A stretch of 64,000 nucleotides of DNA from Octopus sinensis. Taxonomy: Eukaryota. This document shows positions 62,691 through 64,000 of the stretch, piece after piece. Under the pieces are notes generated by a model. It worked only from the letters and a program-made list of their open reading frames with translations. It did not search any database and had not been told where the DNA came from. The stretch spans positions 5,765,360 through 5,829,359 of the forward strand of contig NC_043019.1 of the NCBI RefSeq assembly GCF_006345805.1. The letters are read 5' to 3'. The stretch's first letter is position 1. Every line of letters starts with the position of its first letter. Both the position numbers and the translations under genes were made by a program.

Positions 62691-63475
62691 ATGCATAGTA
62701 CTGTGGAAGAGAAAAATGTTTTTCTTTTCTTAAACACACAAGATATAATATGTAAATTAAGGATGTCTTTAAAAGATACAACATTTTCCCATTAGAATAT
62801 ATTTCTTTTCTCACGCAACATTTAAGATATAGTTATTTTAAATCGATTCTTTGTGCAGAGAGAAAACTGATTCTCTCAATCTTGATTAGAGTTTCAGGCA
62901 GCGAAACTTGCAAAAGGAAAGTGAATTTTTTCTTTTTTTCATTTAAAATACTCGATATCATTTGAATTTATTCTGCAATCTGGGATTAACAGATCCAGTG
63001 ATTTAAGAGGTAGGAAAAAGATATTTTGTTTTAATATACTTTTATTTGTTTTACACAAACACAAAAATTCCCAAGGGGATATATTCCTGACATTACTACT
63101 AATTTCTATAACTTTAGCATTTTCACTTCTTTTCAAAGTTGCTGGAATTTTCAATCTAACGTAATCAGCACTCTTGAAAACGTATTTCTGTTAAATGGTG
63201 GGGGTGGAATTTATGAGTGTTCCATCCTGCCACAACTCCTGTTTTCCCGACAAAAAGTGTTTTGTGGCATATTAGGAAGTCACCTTAATTCATTCAACGG
63301 AAACAAATTTTCAATGATTCCAGGAGGGCGGGGGCGATTTTTTCAACCAGCCCCTTTTTTCCCAGATTACAGCACATTAGGAGGTCAGGATATTTGATTC
63401 CATGCAAAAAATCCGAGGTTTTATTTTTTTCATAGTGAAATGCATGCGGGTGCACTTATCTAAATTTACCATGTA

Positions 63476-63642
63476 TAGGCACAGGAGTGGCTGTGTGGTA
63501 AGTAGCTTGTTTACCAACCACATGGTTCCGGGTTCAGTCCCACTGCATGGCACCTTGGGCAAGTGTTTTCTACTATAGCCTCGGGCCGACCAAAGCCTTG
63601 TGAGTGGATTTGGTAGACGGAAACTGAAAGAAGCCTGTCGTA

Positions 63643-63681
<39 letters not shown>

Positions 63682-63885
63682 CTGTGTTTGTCCCCCTAGC
63701 ATTGCTTGACAACCAATGCTGATGCGTTTACGTCCCCGTCACTTAGCGGTTCGGCAAAGGAGACTGATAGAATAAGTACTGGGCTTACAAAAACAATAAG
63801 TCCCGGGGTCAAGTTGCTCGATTAAAGGCGGTGCTCCAGCATGGCCGCAGTCAAATGACTGAAACAAGTAAAAGAGTAAAAAGAG
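63476..63885 (+). mobile_element. SINE family A, full length
   Basis: Homology to family A. Confidence 0.9.
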
Positions 63886-64000
63886 AGAGAGAGAGAGAGT
63901 ATACCCTTAAAGAGAATATAAATAAATTATCTTCACAAGCTAACAAGTTTTATCAAAAATATTTTTTACTAATCATAGAAACCACTAAATTCCTCTCATC

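Overview
This is AT-rich, repeat-saturated metazoan genomic DNA. The SINE families and microsatellite load suggest an octopod cephalopod (inference, not database-checked). There is no intact gene, operon, rRNA, true tRNA gene or CRISPR array, and almost all ORFs in the supplied track are translations of (TA)n, (CA)n, (TATG)n, (AAT)n or (GA)n tracts or of SINEs. The window holds: (i) dozens of tRNA-headed SINE copies from several modular families; (ii) decayed fragments of RTE, CR1-like, R4/Dong-like and Penelope-like (GIY-YIG) retroelements, a mariner transposase and Helitron-type ends, often nested; (iii) a few candidate exons of an unidentified minus-strand host gene. The most notable unexplained signal is a set of short palindromic elements, unrelated to each other in sequence, whose two arms each carry a minimal type I hammerhead ribozyme fold pointing outward from the centre (7031-7391, 19381-19628, 39488-39652, 46413-46979). 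Further single or decayed hammerhead-like motifs lie at 6476-6520, 20110-20185, 8952-9070 and possibly 41919-42199. All folds were read by eye and none is shown to be active. Scattered single-base indels in repeat copies may be assembly errors, so frameshift-based calls are tentative. Repeat boundaries are approximate unless a target-site duplication is quoted.
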